Of a stretch of 64,000 nucleotides of DNA, positions 1 to 13,448 are shown piece after piece. The stretch comes from Octopus vulgaris. Lineage: Eukaryota. The position numbers and the translations under genes were made by a program. Each line of letters opens with the position of its first letter. The first letter of the stretch is position 1. The stretch lies in the NCBI GenBank assembly GCA_951406725.2, contig OX597830.1, positions 62,310,001 to 62,374,000 on the forward strand. Direction: 5' to 3'. Below the pieces are notes generated by a model that was not told the origin of the DNA, searched no databases, and saw only the letters and a program-made list of their open reading frames with translations.

Positions 1-293
1 GACATCGTCTGCTTGCGATATCAATTTGTTTTCTCTTTTCTTTAATATTCTGGCTTACAAAACAACTCTTGTTTTTATTCCAAGAAGTCTAACTTTAAGT
101 GGGAAAAAAAACACGAAAAGAACAAAGAAGCCAGTAGAGGAATCAGCACATAACTGTGTTGCCATAATTGTGTCATAAACGAATCTGAAGACATCTTCTT
201 CTGTAATATCGAAAGTGATGATGATGGTGATGATGATAATAGTCATTTTTACGTCAAATTTTTGCCACAAGGGCAGCTTGGGGGAGGTGGGGA

Positions 294-716
294 ATAAGTA
301 CCAGTGTTTCCTTGGTACTTGTTTTATCGACCCCGAAAGGATGAAAAGAAAAGTCGACCTCGGCGGAATTTGAACTCAGAACGTAGCGACGGGCGAAATA
401 CCTATTTCTTTACTACTCACAAGGGGCTAAACATAGAGGGGACAAACAAAGACAGACAAACGGATTAAGTCGATTATATCGACCCCAGTGCGTAACTGGT
501 ACTTATTTAATCGACCCCAGTGCGTAACTGGTACTTATTTAATCGACCCCGAAAGGATGAAAGGCAAAGTCGACCTCGGCGGAATTTGAACTCAGAACGT
601 AGCAGCAGACGAAATACCGCTAAGCATATCGCCCGACGCGCTAACGTTTCTGCCAGCTCGAAATACCGCCTAGCATTTCGTCCAGCGTGCTGACGATTCC
701 GACAGCTCGCCGCCTT
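294..716 (-). mobile_element. SINE family B (tRNA-like head GGCGGCGAGCTGGCAGAA..GAGTTCAAATTCC; body GGTCGACTTTGCCTTTCATCCTTTCGGGGTCGAT); young copy (403-658) nested in an older copy
   Basis: Matches >15 other copies in the window; CGAAATACC duplicated at 394-402 and 659-667 around the inner copy. Confidence 0.9.
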
Positions 717-717
717 C

Positions 718-746
<29 letters not shown>

Positions 747-748
<2 letters not shown>

Positions 749-1318
749 GCCCTGACGCAGTACCAGGATGTCCTGATGCAGTACCAGACAGTGGATCTCA
801 TGGCTTCTGATCTTAAATGATATCATGTACATTGTTTTGTCTTGCTATAAAATCTGGGCTACAGCAAATATTCTGCCCAATACCACAGATTTGCTTGTCA
901 GTTGTTTGACTCTTAACCAGTTGAACATGTCCCTTTGTAGCTGACGATATGTGCATCTATGGTTACGAGCAGAAGTAATGGGGGTTAGTAATGTGCTAAG
1001 AGGAGTTCTTTGGGGTTTGAATAATTCACTTCTGGAAACATGGGTGTTTCGTTTAACATCCTTAATCAACCCTTATTCGGGGACCTTTTGAGTGGGATTG
1101 GCTACTCGATCTGAAAAAAAGTCTAACTGGGCCCCACCTGCAAAGTTATGTACTGTTTATCTTGATATAAGATCACTATGTCGTGCACATATGATTGTGA
1201 TGTATGTACCTGGTGTACCCTTGTCAGACGGGTAGTCATGATGGGTATACTGGGCTTCGTATATTTTACCCCAGTGTCACTTTGTTGGCATGTACTGCTC
1301 TCTCACTCAATAATAATA
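747..1318 (+). mobile_element. ~560-bp non-autonomous retroelement (family D) embedded in (AAT)n
   Basis: Homologous over its length to 13446-13996 (opposite strand); ends CTCTCTCACTC(AAT)n; AAT repeats on both sides. Confidence 0.85.
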
Positions 1319-1319
1319 A

Positions 1320-1532
1320 TCCTTTCTACTATGGATACAAGACCTGAAATTTATGGGGAGGGGAATAGTCGATTACATCGACCCCAGTGTTTCACTGATA
1401 CTCAATTTGTCGACCCCGAAAGGATGAAAGGCAAAGTCGACCTCTGCGAAATTTGAACTCAGAACGTAGCGACGGGCGAAATAACGCTACGCATTTTGTC
1501 CAGCATGCTAACGATTCTACCAGCTAGCCACC
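1320..1532 (-). mobile_element. SINE family B, older copy
   Basis: GACCCCGAAAGGATGAAAGGCAAAGTCGACC...GAACTCAGAACG motif. Confidence 0.85.
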
Positions 1533-1570
<38 letters not shown>

Positions 1571-1572
<2 letters not shown>

Positions 1573-2420
1573 TTTCTTTATTAACCACAAGGGTTTACAT
1601 TAAGAAGATCATAATGAACAGTAAAGGACAAAACAAAGAAGTGTATGTGTGTGTGAGTGTGTTTTGAGGGTTTTGCGTGTAAACAAGATCAACAAAATTA
1701 TTTTTTAAAAAAACGGAAAAAGAAACAAACAATGTGTAATCCTCAATAGGGAGGAGACTTCGAGGGCTGCTCATGGAAAAAGAACCACAAAAAACCATGA
1801 GTTCCCTGACTTTTGCCTGTAGTTGCAAAAAAATTTAAAAAAAAGGAAAAGGGTACATGCCTCAAAACGACAAGCGCCAACTTCGTAGCTAACACCTTGG
1901 CCAAAATTTTGAATTGTGCATTCAGCAGAGTTATGGGCCTAAAGTTGTCAATACAGTCTCCCTTGCTCGGGTATTTTCTCAGCAACTCCACTGCTCCTCG
2001 GCTCACAAAACTGGGAATTCTCCCTTTCTGTTGCTAGTTGCAGTAAATGTTTGCTAAGAGGTCAGCGAACAAGTCAGGAACGTAAGCGTAAAGCTCGTAG
2101 GGCAAACCATCCAAATCAGGCTATTTACCCCTCGTGCAGGTAGCCATTGCTTCCCGTATTTCAAAGGCTGTTATCGGCCTTTCGCAGCGCTCCGCCCCCA
2201 TCGCCGAGAGCCGCTGCAATCCGTCGAGGTAGGACATGAAATCCATCCTGCGACCCGGCTCACCGCTGCTCCCGAACAGTTGAGGGAAGCGCCGCTGAAA
2301 GGCCTCACACATCTGTCTCGGATCAGTTATCATTTGCCCATCGTGGTCCGGTAAGGATCGGATCGTGGATTTATTTCCACACCGTGTCTCTGCCACGTGT
2401 TTCATAGCCTTAACTTTTTC
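1571..2420 (-). mobile_element. Tx1/L1-like LINE remnant: ORF2 linker and start of RT fused to the 3' UTR (internally deleted, stops)
   Basis: Peptides ERPITAFEIREAMATCTRGK and LLRK..KGDCIDNFRPITLLNAQFKILAKVLA (non-LTR RT domains 0-1); 3' end resembles 37697-38043. Confidence 0.85.
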
Positions 2421-2819
2421 ATTCTTTTGTTGTTCGATATGTTAAGTATCATTTTTAATCGTATATAAGCCGCACCCCTAATTTAATGTTAAATCTTACT
2501 ACAAAATTGTTCCCCTTCATATTCAAATTTGATGTCGGCTTCGCTCCGTCTACAACTTGCAGTCTAGTTTTTTTCCATTAAAATCTAGCATAAAATTATG
2601 CAATTTATACACGAGTAAACACCGTTGTTTCAGCTGTTAACGAAAGAATATAGAACGTACGTGACGAGGAATATGCTACATAAACTGGGCGCTTATTTAA
2701 TGAGGCTGATAGCAAAGTGTTTTGTTATCTTCCTTATCTGGGTCTCGAACTAAAAACTTTAACGTCTCTCTTGTATTTTAAGAGATCAGCTTCCATTTAC
2801 ATTAGGTCACTTTGTTGTT

Positions 2820-3062
2820 TGAGACACGTGGCTCAGTGGTTAGGGATGTTGGACTCATGATTGTAAGATTGTGGTTTCGATTCTTGGACCGGGCAATTTG
2901 TTGTGTTCTTGAGCAAAACAATTCACGTTGCTCCAGTCCACTCGGCTGGCAAAAGTGAGTAACCCTACGAGGGACCGGCGTCCCGTCCAGGTGGGAAGTA
3001 TATACGCCATTAAAACCGGGAAACCGGCCCTATGAGGTTATATGACTCGGAAAGGGTCTTCA
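2820..3062 (+). mobile_element. SINE head H1 + core + tail T1
   Basis: A box TGGCTCAGTGG, B box GGTTTCGATTC, core TTGTGTTCTTGAGCAAAAC..GTTGCTCCAGTCCACTC, tail GGACCGGCGTCCCGTCCAGG. Confidence 0.85.
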
Positions 3063-3212
3063 TTTTATCCTATATTTTGTTATCTATAAAAAAAAATGTA
3101 TTGCGAATCATCATCCTCGTGCTGCTGGGTGAGAGGTTTGTAAATTACATTAGTGGGTGACCCCAAACAGATCTGTTGTCGATATGGAGTGGGGTTCGAA
3201 ACATTTACAGAG

Positions 3213-3520
3213 TTACAGTTCTATATTTAAGAGATGAGGAATTATGTACATTATTAACACTCCGCTTATGCCCACGGGTATATGGCATAGTGGTTAAGAG
3301 CGCGGGTTACTAACCCCAGGATTCTGAGTTTGATTCCAGGCAGTGACCTGAATAATAATACTAATATTAATAATAAAAAAAACATCGAAAAATACCTTAG
3401 GAATGAGAACCCAGTTTCGAAATTTCCTCAAGACACCTGATGAAGACTGGACTGTATATTAGCCGAAAGCTTGTGTGAACAAGATGAGGACAAATATCCG
3501 TCAAATGTAAATAATGTAAA
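3213..3520 (+). mobile_element. tRNA-headed SINE-like element with Penelope-type tail and inverted 5' block
   Basis: A box TGGCATAGTGG 3283-3293, B box GAGTTTGATTCC 3326-3337, HHR motif 3433-3476; TACATTATT (3247-3255) is the reverse complement of AATAATGTA (3510-3518). Confidence 0.7.
3433..3476 (+). ncRNA. Minimal type-I hammerhead ribozyme motif
   Basis: ACAC-CTGATGA-[imperfect stem II]-GAAA-GC-TT-GTGT; stem I ACAC/GTGT; palindromic AAGCTT stem III. Confidence 0.65.
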
Positions 3521-3704
3521 TAACCGCCTGATGAGACATCTTTCAGGGACGGAGTACAACTGTACGCTCATTACAGAATTGTTTACTCGAAATTGTTATT
3601 TTGTTGTCTGTCTAAAACATTCTACGAATCGTGGGGTTGGAGGGAAAGGGGAGAGAGAGCGAGAGAGAGGGAAAGGGGAGAGAGAGGACTGCACTTGTGG
3701 CAAA

Positions 3705-4562
3705 CAGCTGGTACTCATTTACAGTTGAGTAGACTGGGCCAATGGGAATGATGCCCCTTACTGAAGCTCACAACATGCGGGCCGATCCAGCAGTTGAACC
3801 CGTGATTTTATGATCACTAGCCACTCAGCCGGAACCAGAACATTCGACCTTATCATGGTCGCTGGCCGCCCGATAGACAAATTGATCTTGTGATCGCTAG
3901 CCACCCAATCCCAATATTGAACTCTCGACCTTATGGTGGCGAGCTGAACACTCATCATCATCATTGTTCAACCGTGGTTGAGACAATGGAATTTACCATG
4001 CTACGCCAGACTTCACGGTCCATCATGGCATTACGGAGGTCCTGTTGCTGGATGCCTGTATCCCTGGAGATTACATCAGGGTAGGAAAGTGCGCGCCCTC
4101 TGGTATCACGAGTAGATGGCTTCCAGAGGAGAAAAGTAGAAATTGCCTCGTTTTCAGCTCTACAACAATGTCCAGCAAACTGGACTCTTCTACCTTTCAC
4201 AAGAGATGACACAGGTGGTAGTTTCCCATATATTTGCATTTTGGGTGGATGGCGCTTCCACGAGAGATTTTGAGCTCTCATAAGGAGGCGAGTGTAGGTT
4301 CCATCCAACCGCCTCTCAAGCTTCTTTGATAACCTCCAGGTTTCTAGGTTGAACACTGCTAGCTACTAAATTACGTTATGATCACCAGCCACGTGGCCCT
4401 TATGGTCGCTAGCCGCCCGATCCTGGTACTGAATTCACGATCTTATGATCCGATATGAGAATTAATCTCATAATCGCTAGCTGCTCAGTCCAAATATTGA
4501 ACTCACAGCCTTAAGATCGCGAACAGAACGCTGTTAACCACTAGGTCACATGTCTCAACATG
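3705..4562 (-). mobile_element. Old tRNA-SINE whose anticodon/B-box segment is tandemly amplified (~45-bp degenerate units), interrupted by an RTE fragment
   Basis: Repeated GATCGCTAGCC..TTGAACTC.CGACCTTAT units at 3790-3950 and 4360-4530; head (TAACCACTAGG) near 4535-4545; core near 3710-3770. Confidence 0.6.
3953..4349 (-). mobile_element. RTE/RTE-X LINE 3' fragment (ORF2 C-terminus)
   Basis: ETWRLSKKLERRLDGTYTRLL...RRVQFAGHC; (TGA)n tail; TSD TGAACACT at 3945-3952 and 4350-4357. Confidence 0.9.
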
Positions 4563-4968
4563 TGGCAATAAGGATATTTACGAGATATCGCCAAATCTCA
4601 ACACATAAGTGGAAGGACAAAGCAGTGTTTTTTTTTTATGTTCTGTTTTCTTCTACTACCGTCCTCACCTTTCAAACAAACGTGTGAAAACACGAACTAC
4701 ATCGACGCCAGCCTGAAAAATATCCAAACAACCAAAACCCAAATAAAATGAAACGAAGCAAAATAAAACAAAAACAGTGTGAGTTGATCTTACGTGTAAA
4801 TAGATCTGTCAATGTTTAAAGAGACTACTTATACCTTGGTGGACTGAATCGCAGTTTGTTTAGCTTTCAGTTCGTTGACTTTGTTAGTTCTCTTTCAAAG
4901 TAAAAGTTTGCCTACATTCCAAAGCGATGGGTGTTTTTCTTACTGGTTGTTGTTGCAATTATTTTAAA

Positions 4969-5368
4969 CTAGCAGCATAGCCCGACGTTGCCCGGGTATG
5001 TAAGAGCCCCTAGTAGGCAACGACTAATCCCAATCTAGTTCTTTCCCTCTAGGGAACGAAGGCGCATGTGTAGGTTGCAATGTCTTCTCTTCACTCGAAT
5101 ACTTCTATATATACGATGTTCCTAGCTGTCTCCCGACAGAAAATGTGTCGCATATAGAAAGCTTAGATTCTCGACCCCATGTCGAATCTATCAAATTTTT
5201 TCAGAACTGGGGGAACTTTTCAAAATTTTCGCTGCGTTAGTTTTGAATTATGACATTGGGCTATGTGTGTGTCAAGTTTCATCAGAATCGGTTGAAAGCC
5301 GTGGTCAGGGTGAGGGTACAACCTGACAGCCACACAGACAGACAAACTGCCGTTTATATATATAGAGA
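4969..5368 (-). mobile_element. Non-autonomous Helitron
   Basis: Minus strand starts TC(TCTATATA), ends with hairpin CCCGGGCAACGTCGGG + CTAG; inserted between A and T. Confidence 0.8.
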
Positions 5369-5575
5369 TTAACATCGAAAACAAACTTAAAACCCTTCTC
5401 TCCAGAATATTCGGCCGGCAATCGCCCCATCGAAATACTTGACTCTCGGCTCAATTTTATATAGTTTATTACGAGTCTGTCGTAGTCTTTTCTGCATTTG
5501 TCTTTGTCATTTCACAAATTGATTAATAATCATTATAGAAGGTGACTAAAATGTCGCTTTAGTGACGGAATAAGA

Positions 5576-5644
5576 TGTTTGGGCGCAGCTGTTTGGGCGC
5601 AGCTGTTTGGGCGTAGCTATTTAGGCGCAACTGTTTGAACGCTG
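5576..5644. repeat. 14-bp tandem repeat TGTTTGGGCGCAGC x~5
   Basis: Directly visible, decaying toward the 3' side. Confidence 0.85.
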
Positions 5645-6124
5645 ATTATCTGGCACGTTTCTGGCGGGAGTATCTTTTGGCGCTAGAGGTATATGTACAC
5701 AAACATATATGCAGGCGCGCGCGCAAATATACATTTACAGTTAGAAAGAGTGAGAGAAGGGCGGAGAGGGAGGCATTGGAGCTAATTAATTGAACATAAT
5801 TGACATTTACACTTTCCCGTTCCTCGTGCGCATAAAGAGAAATATATCCACACATAAAAACGGCGATGGAGGGAGAGAGAGAAGGGGGAGAGAAAGTAAG
5901 AGAGAGGGAGAGGGAGAGAGGAGGGCTGAACACAGAAGGGACAAAATACAAAGTGGAGCTTTTCTTTTTGGGAAGAAGAGAAGGGAAAAATAAAAAGAAA
6001 GAAAAAAGTGGATCGAATTCCGATCAAAAGGGATCGTGAAACAAAAAAAGATAGATAGACAGACAGACATAGATGTATACCACCATTTTATAAGTGGAGC
6101 ATTTGAAAATTGCGAATTATGAAA

Positions 6125-6937
6125 CATGAAGGATCTTCGTGGCTTTCGTCAATGTTTACAATTTTATTCCAATTATTTTCAAATTTGGTATATGGATTAA
6201 GTTTTCTATACTAATTTTGAAAAGGAAATTCTTTTTTCCTATAAATCCATAATTAAAAAAGATATTAGCCTTTAAAATTTTCAAAATTTTGGTATTTTAG
6301 CCAATCAGAAGCGAGTATTTTACACATCACCGTGGCCAACAACTCTGTTTCCATAGTAACCAAAGCAAAGAAGCATCACGTGTTCCATAGCTGATTGCCA
6401 AGAACTCTCTTTCCATCGTAACCAAAGGTGCTGTGCATGCGCACAAGGAGTATAACCACCACGTGTTCTATAATTGTTTGTTTTCAGAATAGAAGGAATT
6501 CGATTCTAGAACGATATAGGGATTTTAGCAACAGTGACGAGAAAAAAAATTTGTAAGGAAGAACATCCCACGAAAAAAACAAAAACAAACAATTCGTGGG
6601 AAATTTTACTGGCGTTGCCAACGGAGAAGCTGCAATGTGTGTGTGTCTCTCCGTAAAGATACTTGATTGGAAAGTCGCGAATGTTTTAGTATTTTTCACT
6701 ATTTACTATAGCTAGTTTAATGTTTTGACATGCGACCCCTCCACCCACTCTGATAATGGAAGAAGTAGCGAACGCGCTGTTTTCTGATTGGCTGAAAATT
6801 CTGAAAATTATCAAAATTTGAACACCTGTAACATTATCGCAAAATTTTTCTGGAATAAATGAATAGCAGATTCGGGATTCATCGTCAGAAATTACATTTT
6901 TATGATACATAACGAAAACCACAAAGCTCCAACATGA
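6125..6937. mobile_element. Old MITE / non-autonomous DNA transposon with imperfect TIRs
   Basis: CATGAAGGATCTTCGTGGCTTTCGT vs reverse complement of ACGAAAACCACAAAGCTCCAACATG; inner AGCCAATCAG / CTGATTGGCT inverted pair; related fragment near 46080-46260. Confidence 0.55.
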
Positions 6938-7126
6938 AACCTATGGTAATGAGTAATGATGAAAACTGACAAATAAAGTACTAATACACTGAAGTGATGA
7001 TGACTACTCATTCGCTCTGTCCATCACTATTGCATTGCGCATGTGTAAACTTGTCAGAGTGCTCAATGTCTTCAACGGTAGTTGATGGTCTTCCTGAGTC
7101 ACGAGTATATAGCGACTGTGTATATG

Positions 7127-7206
<80 letters not shown>

Positions 7207-7385
7207 TATAGGGTAAAATTAATTAATTCATTCATTCATTCATTTATTCAATAATAATTAATAATTTTACGAAGTAGTCAGTACGTTAAAAACCCTTTTT
7301 AGGTGGATTATACAAAATATGTTAGCTGACCCCTGATTATAATTATGTATATAATTATAGAATATCTTATATATATATATATATA

Positions 7386-7439
<54 letters not shown>

Positions 7440-7983
7440 CTTACATATATATATATATATATACATACATACATACATACATACATACATACATACATAC
7501 ATACATACATACATACATACATACGTACATACATACATACATACATACATATATACATACATACGTATATATATATGCTCGTCATAATTCTTCTTTTACT
7601 CTTTTATTCTGTTACTTGTTTCAGTCATTTGACTGCGACCATGCTGGAGCGCCGCCTTAAAGGGTTAAGTCGAAGAAATCGAACCCAGGGTTTATTGTTA
7701 ATTTGTTTTACCTTTCTCTTCTTGGGCGGGATGGAGTTACTGTCACAGAATAAGGCAGACCTTATAATCTTTAGCAACGTTGTTTAACGGTGAATAGAAA
7801 TATCTGGGTGTTATAGATATATGGATAAATTGCCGGAATTAATTAAGAACAAGGGCCGAATAGAACAAGTATCAGTCTTTAAGAAGTAACAGATATTGGA
7901 GTCAATTCATTTGACTAAATTTCTTCAGGTTGGGGCCCCTAGCACAAGTAAAAGAATATGTGTGTGTACATAATATATGTATG

Positions 7984-8465
7984 TTAAGTTAAGTTAAGTT
8001 AGTTAAGTTAATTTTTTGGCTCAAAAAGCAAAAAGCAAGGCCATGTAGGGGGACATGGAGTTATGTACAGGGATGGTGTTTATGCAAAGAGTTCAGGCCA
8101 TTTCTGGTCGAGAGAGACTTTGAACCGAGCGGTCGTCGGCATCTTCACTATCTCGTCCGGCAGCTTATTCCACGGATCCGCAACCCGGACGGAGAAAGCC
8201 CCTCTTTCCTTCGATTGAGATGAAATCGTCGCAGATAGAGCTTTTCGGAGTGACCCCGCAGCCGACGCTCTGGAACAGGAGTGAAGAACAGCTCTTTCGA
8301 GAGGTTACACTTTCTGCTTATGATGTTGTGAGCAAGAATGAGATCACCACGGCGTCGTCGTTTTTCTAGAGAATAAAGGTCGAGCGTCTTCAGCCTTTCT
8401 TCATAAGACAAATGCTTGAGACCAAGAACCATGCGGGTAGCCAGCTTCTGGACTCTTTCGAGATG
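7984..8465 (-). mobile_element. CR1-clade LINE 3' fragment
   Basis: LERVQKLATRMVLGLKHLSYEERLKTLDLYSLEKRRRRGDLI...LRGH is the typical CR1 ORF2 C-terminus; (TTAAC)n tail at 7984-8012. Confidence 0.9.
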
Positions 8466-8483
8466 ATGTGCTTGTGTGTGTGT

Positions 8484-8535
<52 letters not shown>

Positions 8536-9391
8536 ATCTCTGTATGCATATATACATAAACATTAAATCTATGCACGAGCGTGTTATGTATGCGGTTTAC
8601 CATTTTGATCTCATCAGATTGTTGGGAGTGAGACCGATAAAGACATCGTAGCAATTATCCCTCCCTTCTTGCTCTTCCTCCTCCACCTCTGCCTCATCCA
8701 GCCTAACTAACTAAACTACCAAAACCACTACGAAAACCACTACAACCATCATCACCACCACTAACAGCAACAACAACAACAACACATCCAAGTCGTTAAT
8801 ATGGCGCTCCTTTGTCTCGTTCGTCTTCCATTGTTCTGTCTTTATGTCATAAAACTAATGAACGAAATATGATTTCTACTTTAGATTATTATTTATTGGC
8901 ATTTAGCAATAATCTATAATTTGTCTGGGAATATCAAACACCGGGAGTAGCGCGGGAGGTTGGGGGGGGGGTCGGGGTATGGGCTTCGGCGGAATAAAGA
9001 AAAGAAACACAATCACATTTTGCCAATCACAAAGATTGACAAAATGTTTCCTATTTAAAAGAATGATGGAATAAATTCTTTGGAGAGAACTTCCTGTAAC
9101 TGGTTGGAAGCAATGATTGACATGACTTCACTCATATATTTTTGGTTTTAACAAAGAAGCCAAGAATCTTGGAAATTCTAGCGATTTTTTTTATAAATAC
9201 ACATCGATGTCATATCTAAAAATATTTATGGTGAAAATCGATTGGACTAATTTTTGTATGCATACATATGTACATACTTACGTAAGTTACATATTTATAT
9301 ATATATGCGTTCAGAGATATATTCGTACGTATATACATACATATGTACGTACGTAGATAGATAGATATGTATGAATATGTGTGTGTATATG

Positions 9392-9483
<92 letters not shown>

Positions 9484-11100
9484 CTAGCAGAGTTACCCGG
9501 CGTTGCCCGAGTTACATACAATTGAAGAATTATACTTTTCTGTTATATTTTCTGTAATGAAATGGAATATCTATGTTTCGAGTTTCATCAAAATTGCAAA
9601 TGAGGGTTATTTCCCTCTTTACACAACCTAAAAAAATTGTAATCGTGCCACATGTATCCCATACTACTGCTTTGTATGCGCATATTCCAAAATTCCAGTT
9701 TTATAGAACCTGTTAACAGGATTTTGCTCCTGAAAAATGAAGGTCATGGAGCTCTAAAATGTGAGAGTTAACGCCCCTATTGGGGGTAGGTGTCTTAATG
9801 TCAACCAGAGAAGTTGAATTGTTGAGAATCTTTTTAACTTGGGTCTTATATCTTTTGTTTGAATTTCTTTGAAATAGGAAATATATCTTCACTGGGTTTG
9901 TAAAAGAGAGCAAAGCTACAGGACACCAAAAGACGAATGATCACAATAAGCAGTCAGCTACAGTACCCTAGTGGTGACCACTCCCAATGTAGTATTCCTC
10001 ACCATGCAGGTGACAGGCACAGCCGTAAGATGCATTACGAATCTATAGCAATTGGAAGGGCGTGACCCAACTGAAATAAACATTAACAATTGTGTGACGT
10101 GAGGGCTAAGGACAAATGAAAGTTGGAGTTTGCAAATGACCACTATAATGATACGTAACTGGACAGAAAAAATATACAATCTATAAATGTCTTTGAGTAA
10201 CCAGTCACTCATCTGAGAAGGCCTTGCAATCAATGTTACCATGTGGGGACTATGTATGACCGAGTGATAATAAAAAGACTGAAAGGAGATCTGCAATCAA
10301 ATAACTTTACTCAACACTTTGCAACTGAATTAGTGGAGGCAAAGATGCCTCTCATTTACTTGACAATTTATGTAGCACATTGCAGAAATCACAATCTAAG
10401 TGTATGTCAAAGCAAACTCTTACACTGTTCTATCATTGAATTACAAATAATGCTTATCTTCTATGCTCGGATGACCCCACAGCTTCCAAGAGTACAACTA
10501 TTCGTCTTTGCTTAGAAGATGAAATTTTATAAATATTACTTCATTTGTGTCTAATATCTACGGTTAAAATTTCATCAACAGCAAAAATATATGAATTGTC
10601 ATGGGCGTTGTGGCCCTTATGCATAGAATATGATTTCCAAATTTCGTAAAGATCCATTCAGTACTTTTGACTTAGTTTTGGATCATAAAAGAAATGACTA
10701 AAATTTGGGAGTTAAGGCCCCCATTAGGGTGTCTTAGAATCCTCATGTGAAGTGGAAACTTTGAGAATACTTCTTGATGTGTATCAATTACCCATGGTTG
10801 AAATTTCATCAACATCGAAAATTTATGAATTTTCATGGGGGTGTTTGGCCTCCTTTAAACTATCTGAAATTCAAACCAAACATATTGCATTATACCCGCC
10901 CTTATGCATTCAATCTAAGTTTCAAATAACATAAGGATCCATTCAGTAATTTTGGTCCATGAAATTGTATGAAACACACAGCATTGCCCTTCTCTCTAGG
11001 CTTCGATTTTGTGTTCCAAATTTCATTATGATCGGTGCAGCAGTTTTCGAATGTATAAGTAATACACGAACACATAAAGACATTGTCTTTGATATAATAA
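9484..11100 (-). mobile_element. Non-autonomous Helitron (long, with internal repeated modules)
   Basis: CTAG + hairpin (ACCCGGCGTTGCCCGAGT) at 9484-9512, same end type as 4969 and 53322; repeated AAATTTCATCAA and GAGTTAA.GCCCC modules; 5' boundary approximate; another Helitron-like 5' end near 11620-11717. Confidence 0.6.
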
Positions 11101-11118
11101 ATATGAATGTACACATAT

Positions 11119-11149
<31 letters not shown>

Positions 11150-11158
11150 CATATATAT

Positions 11159-11204
<46 letters not shown>

Positions 11205-11727
11205 GCGTGTGCGTGTATTATATATATATATATATATACATACACAAAGATAAATTGATAGATATAACTGAGTGGGCAAACAAAAATATGAGATATAGCG
11301 TAGTGCTTTTTTATGTTGATAAGCTTGGTACTTATTTGATTAGTATGAATTGAAAATCAGTGGTGTAGCATATAAGACCATAGCGGATCTTCTTCTAGCA
11401 AAATGGATGTCCACTGTTAATGGTACATCCCTATTATATAATAGTTTGACTTTAATAGTTTCAGTATTAAAGTGAAAGTATCTAACATTACAATAGAGAA
11501 ATGTTTTTGTTTCACTTTTAACACGTAATACTGAAATAGTGGAGAAGATATGATATTGCTGTGGGCTTGCCCTAGGCAAGAAGTTAGAAATGTTTTTGTC
11601 CATGACACTCCCTGGACCCTAAGTAACGCAATTTGAATGAAATTGGTTGTGTAGTTCTCAAGTTTTAGGGATACACACAGAGAGACAGACACACATTCTC
11701 AGTTTTATATATATATATTCACATGTA

Positions 11728-12235
<508 letters not shown>

Positions 12236-12286
12236 ATATACGTGTTTGTACGCGTATATATGTATATATGCGTGTGTGTGTATCTG

Positions 12287-12325
<39 letters not shown>

Positions 12326-12874
12326 GTATGTATGTAAGCTATATATATATATAAAGCACTGACGCAGTTGAACAATTAGCTGTGTAGTCAATTATCCTCT
12401 CTGAGAAACTTGAAACGTTTTGTTCAACTGTCATCGACTCGGATCCAAATTCCGGGCTAATTTGCATATTCTTCGACACGAAACAAACAGTCTGCTTCTC
12501 TTGACTTAAGCACTTTTACAACGAGGCTCTTCGACTCTCATTTAAAACTACACACATACGCACACACGCACACACACACATACGAGTATATATATATATA
12601 TATATGTGTGTGTCTATATATATATTTATATATATATAGGATACAACTCACCCAACAAGAACTCACTACTTGAACAAAACTTGACTTAAACAGGATTCGA
12701 ATAATCCTATCAGGTGGTGCTATTAAGTTAGACATGGCCTGGATCAATCTTTGGTCGAAACATATCTAAGTTTTATCTAAGTTTTATATATATACACACA
12801 CTTATATACACTTATATACACTTTAGATTCTTTTTTTAACATTCAATACTGTTTGTCAGAAGCTCACTATTTAT

Positions 12875-13045
12875 AATTACTATAACTACTACTACTACTA
12901 ATAATAATGATAATGATGATGATGATGATGGTGGTAGTGGTGGCGGTGATTATGATGATGATGAAGATGATGATGATGGCGGTGGTCGTGCTGGTGGTAA
13001 TGATGATGATGTTGATGATGATGTTGGTGGGGGTGGGGGTGGGGG

Positions 13046-13082
<37 letters not shown>

Positions 13083-13145
13083 GGTGGTGGTGGTGGTGGT
13101 GGTGGTGGTGGTGGTGATGACGACGATGATGATTATGATGATGAT
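12875..13145. repeat. (GAT)n/(GGT)n compound trinucleotide microsatellite
   Basis: Directly visible. Confidence 0.95.
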
Positions 13146-13364
13146 TTCGAATTTTAGCAGTTTGGGGGAAGAGGATAAGTCGATTACGTCGACCCCACTA
13201 CTGAACGGGTAGTTCATTCCTCAATCCCGAAAGGATGAAGAGAAAAGTCGACCTCGGCGTTATTTGAACTTGCCTTTACCTTTCATCGTTTCGGAGTCGA
13301 TAAAATAAAGTAACAGCCTCCTCCTCTTCCAATGATTTCAAGCCTTGTGCCCCGAGTGGAAAGG

Positions 13365-13445
<81 letters not shown>

Positions 13446-13448
<3 letters not shown>

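Noticed and set aside
3277-3350. Functional tRNA gene (also other SINE heads such as 59441-59515)
   Set aside because: A and B boxes are present but the cloverleaf is imperfect and the sequence continues into repeat bodies
7008-7116. Exon or mariner-like peptide SGRPSTTVED
   Set aside because: Too short, no donor site, adjacent to (TA)n
12651-12765. Minus-strand exon ending TGG|GTGAGT
   Set aside because: Good donor but weak acceptor and no recognisable peptide
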